Source: Promethearchaeota archaeon
GTDB lineage: Archaea > Asgardarchaeota > Lokiarchaeia > Sigyniarchaeales > SOKP01
Length of the DNA: 64,000 nt
Direction of reading: 5' to 3'
Assembly (NCBI GenBank): GCA_019058365.1
Contig: JAHPZE010000025.1
Span: forward strand, 1 to 64,000
Below, in pieces: positions 60,734-64,000 of the stretch (its first letter is position 1; every line of letters begins with the position of its first letter). A program made the position numbers and the translations under genes. Under the pieces are notes generated by a model. The model searched no databases. It worked only from the letters and a program-made list of their open reading frames with translations, and was not told where the DNA came from.

Positions 60734-61291
60734 ATGATAATTAAAATGGTCACTTCAACGAAGGAACTAATTATTATCTATGGAACTGGATTGATAATAG
60801 TTATTCTTTCAGTAATATTCTTCTCTATTAGAGGTTATCCTTTAGTTAATACTGCTACCAAGACATTAAATATCTCTACCCCCCCATTATATATGATTTC
60901 AATTTTTGTTCCTTATGGGATTTTAATAGGTGAGGTAATTTGGCTCTGGAATGAGAAAAAAGAGCGAAAAATATATATATTATTGTTTTTTGAATGTATA
61001 ATCGTTGGTTTCTTTTCTTTCATTCGATATATTATAAGTATTCCGTTTAGTGGTCATGCAATTATATTATCTTTTTATTTATTTCATCAAGTTACAAATA
61101 ATCGATTTAAACATCCATTAAGATTTCTCATTGGAATAATGGTCCTTATTATAACAATTATTTATAAAATTATTCTATGGGATGATCCAATTACTTTTTT
61201 ATTAGGAGCCTTATTTGGTATGACTCTATGGCTTCCAGGATTTCTATATCGAAAAAAAATAATAACTAATTGTGAATATTTTCAATCTTGA
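60734..61291 (+). CDS. Hypothetical integral membrane protein
   Basis: About 6 TM segments, SGH motif; no family recognised. Confidence 0.6.
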   Translation: MIIKMVTSTKELIIIYGTGLIIVILSVIFFSIRGYPLVNTATKTLNISTPPLYMISIFVPYGILIGEVIWLWNEKKERKIYILLFFECIIVGFFSFIRYIISIPFSGHAIILSFYLFHQVTNNRFKHPLRFLIGIMVLIITIIYKIILWDDPITFLLGALFGMTLWLPGFLYRKKIITNCEYFQS

Positions 61292-61410
61292 AAATAGCCT
61301 ATTTAATCAATTATAATTTCCGATAATAAAATATTAAAGATAACTAATGAATTTCTAAAATCCATAAAGGTTTTATCAATCAAATAATTTACTAATTTAT
61401 AAAATGTTTA

Positions 61411-62529
61411 GTGAATGATGATATGTCTTTAACTTTAGATGAAAAAATTGCTTTATTAAAAGAAGTTGGAGAAGAAATTATCACTTTAGATGAATTAAGA
61501 GACATCATTCAATGGAAAACAGAGCATAACGAAGAAATATATGCTTACGATGGTTTTGAACCTTCTGGTAATATCCATATTGCTCAAGGGCTTTTAAGAG
61601 CTATAAATGTAAATAAAATAACAAGAGCTGGAATTAGATTCAAGTTTCTAGTAGCAGATTGGCATGCAGCAGCGAATAAAAAATTTGGTGGAAATTTAGA
61701 AATAATTAAAAGAGTTGGAGATTTTTTCATTGAATTATGGAAAGTTAGTGGAATGGATTTAACTAAAGTAGAATTTATCTATGCTTCAGATTTAGTAAAG
61801 AATCCTGAATATTGGGAATTAGTACTAAAAATAGGGATAGAAACCACTTTAAAACGAGTTAAAAGATGCACTCAAATTATGGGAAGAAGTGAATCAGATA
61901 AATTATATGCTTCTCAAATACTGTACCCCCTGATGCAAGCAGCAGATATTTTTTATCTTCCAGCAGATATATGTCAGCTTGGAATGGATCAAAGAAAGGT
62001 AAATATGTTGGCAAGAGAGATTGCAAAGAAGTTGAATAAACCAAAACCAGCTGCAATCCATCATCATATGTTAATGGGTTTAAAACCCCCCACTACAGAT
62101 TTATCTGGTATAGATAGAACTATTGATATTAAAATGTCAAAATCTGACCCTGATTCATCAATTTTTATGTTAGATTCTCCTACTGATGTAAAACGCAAGA
62201 TAAATAAAGCATATTGTCCACCTAAACAGATTGAAGAAAATCCTGTTTTAGAATATTGTAAATATATTATTTTTGAACTTATTGATGTCTTCGAAATTGA
62301 ACGACTCGAAAAATACGGTGGAGACATTAAATATAGTTCTTATCAAGAGTTAGAAAAAGATTTTGCAGAAGGTAGATTGAATCCACCCGACTTAAAGCCT
62401 GCCGTAGTTAAATATATCAACCAATTTCTAACTCCTGTCATAAAGCATTTCAATATTGATGATTATGCAAAGGAGTTATATCAATTTGTTCAAAAAGTAT
62501 ATAAAAAATATAAAGCGAATGAAAATTAA
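61411..62529 (+). CDS. tyrS: Tyrosine--tRNA ligase (archaeal/plant-type)
   Basis: YDGFEPSGNIHIAQG, ADWHA, YPLMQAAD, GMDQRK, KMSKS. Confidence 0.96.
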   Translation: MNDDMSLTLDEKIALLKEVGEEIITLDELRDIIQWKTEHNEEIYAYDGFEPSGNIHIAQGLLRAINVNKITRAGIRFKFLVADWHAAANKKFGGNLEIIKRVGDFFIELWKVSGMDLTKVEFIYASDLVKNPEYWELVLKIGIETTLKRVKRCTQIMGRSESDKLYASQILYPLMQAADIFYLPADICQLGMDQRKVNMLAREIAKKLNKPKPAAIHHHMLMGLKPPTTDLSGIDRTIDIKMSKSDPDSSIFMLDSPTDVKRKINKAYCPPKQIEENPVLEYCKYIIFELIDVFEIERLEKYGGDIKYSSYQELEKDFAEGRLNPPDLKPAVVKYINQFLTPVIKHFNIDDYAKELYQFVQKVYKKYKANEN

Positions 62530-62558
62530 ACAAAAATAACAAAGATACTATTAGAAAG

Positions 62559-64000
62559 TTGTCAAATAATAAAATAATTGATCTGTTTTTAAATCCAAAA
62601 TCCGTAGCTGTAATTGGTGCATCAAAAAATCCAATGAAAGGTGGAAATCGAATTGTAGATAATCTGGTGTCAAATAATTTTAAAGGTAAAATATATCCGA
62701 TAAATCCCACCTCAGAAGGAGAATTATTTGGATTAGAATTTAAGAAGTCAGTTTTAGATATTGAAGAAGAAGTAGATCTTGCCGTATTTTATGTTCCAAA
62801 TCGTGCAATACCACATATTCTAACTGAATGTATTCAAAAAGGGATTAAAGGTGCCATTATTGAGGCTTCAGGATTCGAGGAAGTAGGTGAAAAGGGTCTT
62901 GAGTTAAGAGACCAGATTCTAAAAATTACTGATAATTTTTCAAAAATCCGAATTATGGGACCAAATTGTATGGGGCTTACTCGGATTGATGGAGATAGTA
63001 ATGGCAAAGATAATGCAAAAGGAGGATTATTCACTAGCTTTGGTGTTTTTTACAAATATAAAACCGGTAATGTAGCTATAATCAGCCAATCAGGAATGTT
63101 AAATGGTGGATATTTGATGTATATGATGGAAAAATATCCAGATTTAGGTATCAGATATTCATGTTCAATAGGAAACAAAATGGATTTAAGCGAAATTGAA
63201 TTTTTAGAATACTTTATTGACGATCCAACCGTAAATGTTATAGCTGTATATCTTGAATCATTTAAGGATCCAAGAAAATTTATCGAATTATGCAAGAAAG
63301 CGAGAAAAATACCAAACAAAACAATTATTCTTGTGAAAGGTGGAATAACTTCACAGGGTCAAAAAGCTTCTTTAAGTCATACTGGATCACTAGCAGAAAA
63401 TTCACAATTAATCAAAGCGATAATAAAGCAATCCAGTGTAATTCAAGCGAGAAATTTCTTTGAATTATTTCAATTTGCTCGAACATTTTCAATGCTATAT
63501 CGAGAAAAAATAATAATGCCAAAACAAGGTAATGTCGCGCTAGTTGCGGGTTCAGGAGGAGTAGGAACAATTTCTGCCGATCTTATTGTTGAATATGGTT
63601 TAAAATTCCCTAATTTAGATGAGAGTATATATAATAAGCTTATTGAGATCTTTCCAGAATGGATGCCACCAAATAGATTTGCACTTGTAGATATTTGGCC
63701 TGCAATGGAAAAAGCGATGATGAATGAGATAAATCCAGGAAATATTGTGGGTTCTGTATATGAACTGCTATTAAACGATGATAAGATTGAAGGTATTCTT
63801 AACATGATGTTTTGTTCAAGTCGCTTTCGAACTTTTAATAATTATGAAAATGTAGTTGATCATATAAATAACCACTCTAAACCAATATTTTTTTGGTTAA
63901 TTGGAGAAATCAGAGAAATCCGTAAAGTTTCACAATTATTAAATGAACATAATATACCAAATTTTCCAAGTTTAGAAGATATGATTAAAAATTTTTGGAT
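62559..64000 (+). CDS. ADP-forming acyl-CoA synthetase alpha-like CoA-binding protein (3' partial, not in ORF track)
   Basis: TTG 62559 then MSNNKIIDLFLNPKSVAVIGAS...IYPINP...RIMGPNCMG...ISQSG...SHTGSLA; frame runs off the window. Confidence 0.88.
   Translation, partial: MSNNKIIDLFLNPKSVAVIGASKNPMKGGNRIVDNLVSNNFKGKIYPINPTSEGELFGLEFKKSVLDIEEEVDLAVFYVPNRAIPHILTECIQKGIKGAIIEASGFEEVGEKGLELRDQILKITDNFSKIRIMGPNCMGLTRIDGDSNGKDNAKGGLFTSFGVFYKYKTGNVAIISQSGMLNGGYLMYMMEKYPDLGIRYSCSIGNKMDLSEIEFLEYFIDDPTVNVIAVYLESFKDPRKFIELCKKARKIPNKTIILVKGGITSQGQKASLSHTGSLAENSQLIKAIIKQSSVIQARNFFELFQFARTFSMLYREKIIMPKQGNVALVAGSGGVGTISADLIVEYGLKFPNLDESIYNKLIEIFPEWMPPNRFALVDIWPAMEKAMMNEINPGNIVGSVYELLLNDDKIEGILNMMFCSSRFRTFNNYENVVDHINNHSKPIFFWLIGEIREIRKVSQLLNEHNIPNFPSLEDMIKNFW

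Noticed and set aside
61292-61410. Search for cognate-amino-acid leader peptides above tyrS (and above ileS, 6250-6326)
   Set aside because: No Tyr- or Ile-rich uORF or hairpin was seen, so the leader appears specific to pheST in this window.
1-64000. CRISPR arrays, tRNA/rRNA genes, transposases, selenoprotein TGA readthrough
   Set aside because: No spaced repeats, GC-rich structural RNA blocks, transposase motifs or TGA-split conserved genes were recognised by eye.

Overview
Very AT-rich archaeal chromosomal segment, most likely an Asgard archaeon (Lokiarchaeia-like). This is inferred from archaeal-type IleRS, PheRS, TyrS, CoaD, DUF1512 and AOR, plus a tandem UBC-like/RING protein, an SCP2 protein and an LRR remnant. 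About 1-45 kb is a large surface-glycan island. It holds a heptose operon with its own non-oxidative pentose-phosphate genes, an RHH-sat-AlkP-cysC sulfate-activation module, CDP-deoxysugar and GDP-fucose pathways, many glycosyl- and methyltransferases, a flippase and AlkP/sulfatase-like proteins, interrupted by ileS and a 4xUEV+RING protein. About 45-64 kb is housekeeping and metabolic: rph, aroQ-pheT-pheS, coaD, DUF1512, aor, acyl-CoA ligase, SCP2, HAD, ppdK, tyrS and a partial ADP-forming acyl-CoA synthetase. No rRNA, tRNA, CRISPR array or transposase was recognised. Main discoveries: (1) an unannotated 31-aa Phe-rich leader peptide overlapping a hairpin plus U-tract upstream of pheS-pheT-chorismate mutase, a candidate archaeal ribosome-mediated attenuator; (2) a FANCL/BRE-like multi-UEV RING protein; (3) a PAPS module with no recognisable sulfotransferase whose RHH protein carries an AlkP-type RLRxLGY tail; (4) three probable ATA/ATT start codons. 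All product calls come from motif recognition by eye; no searches were run.
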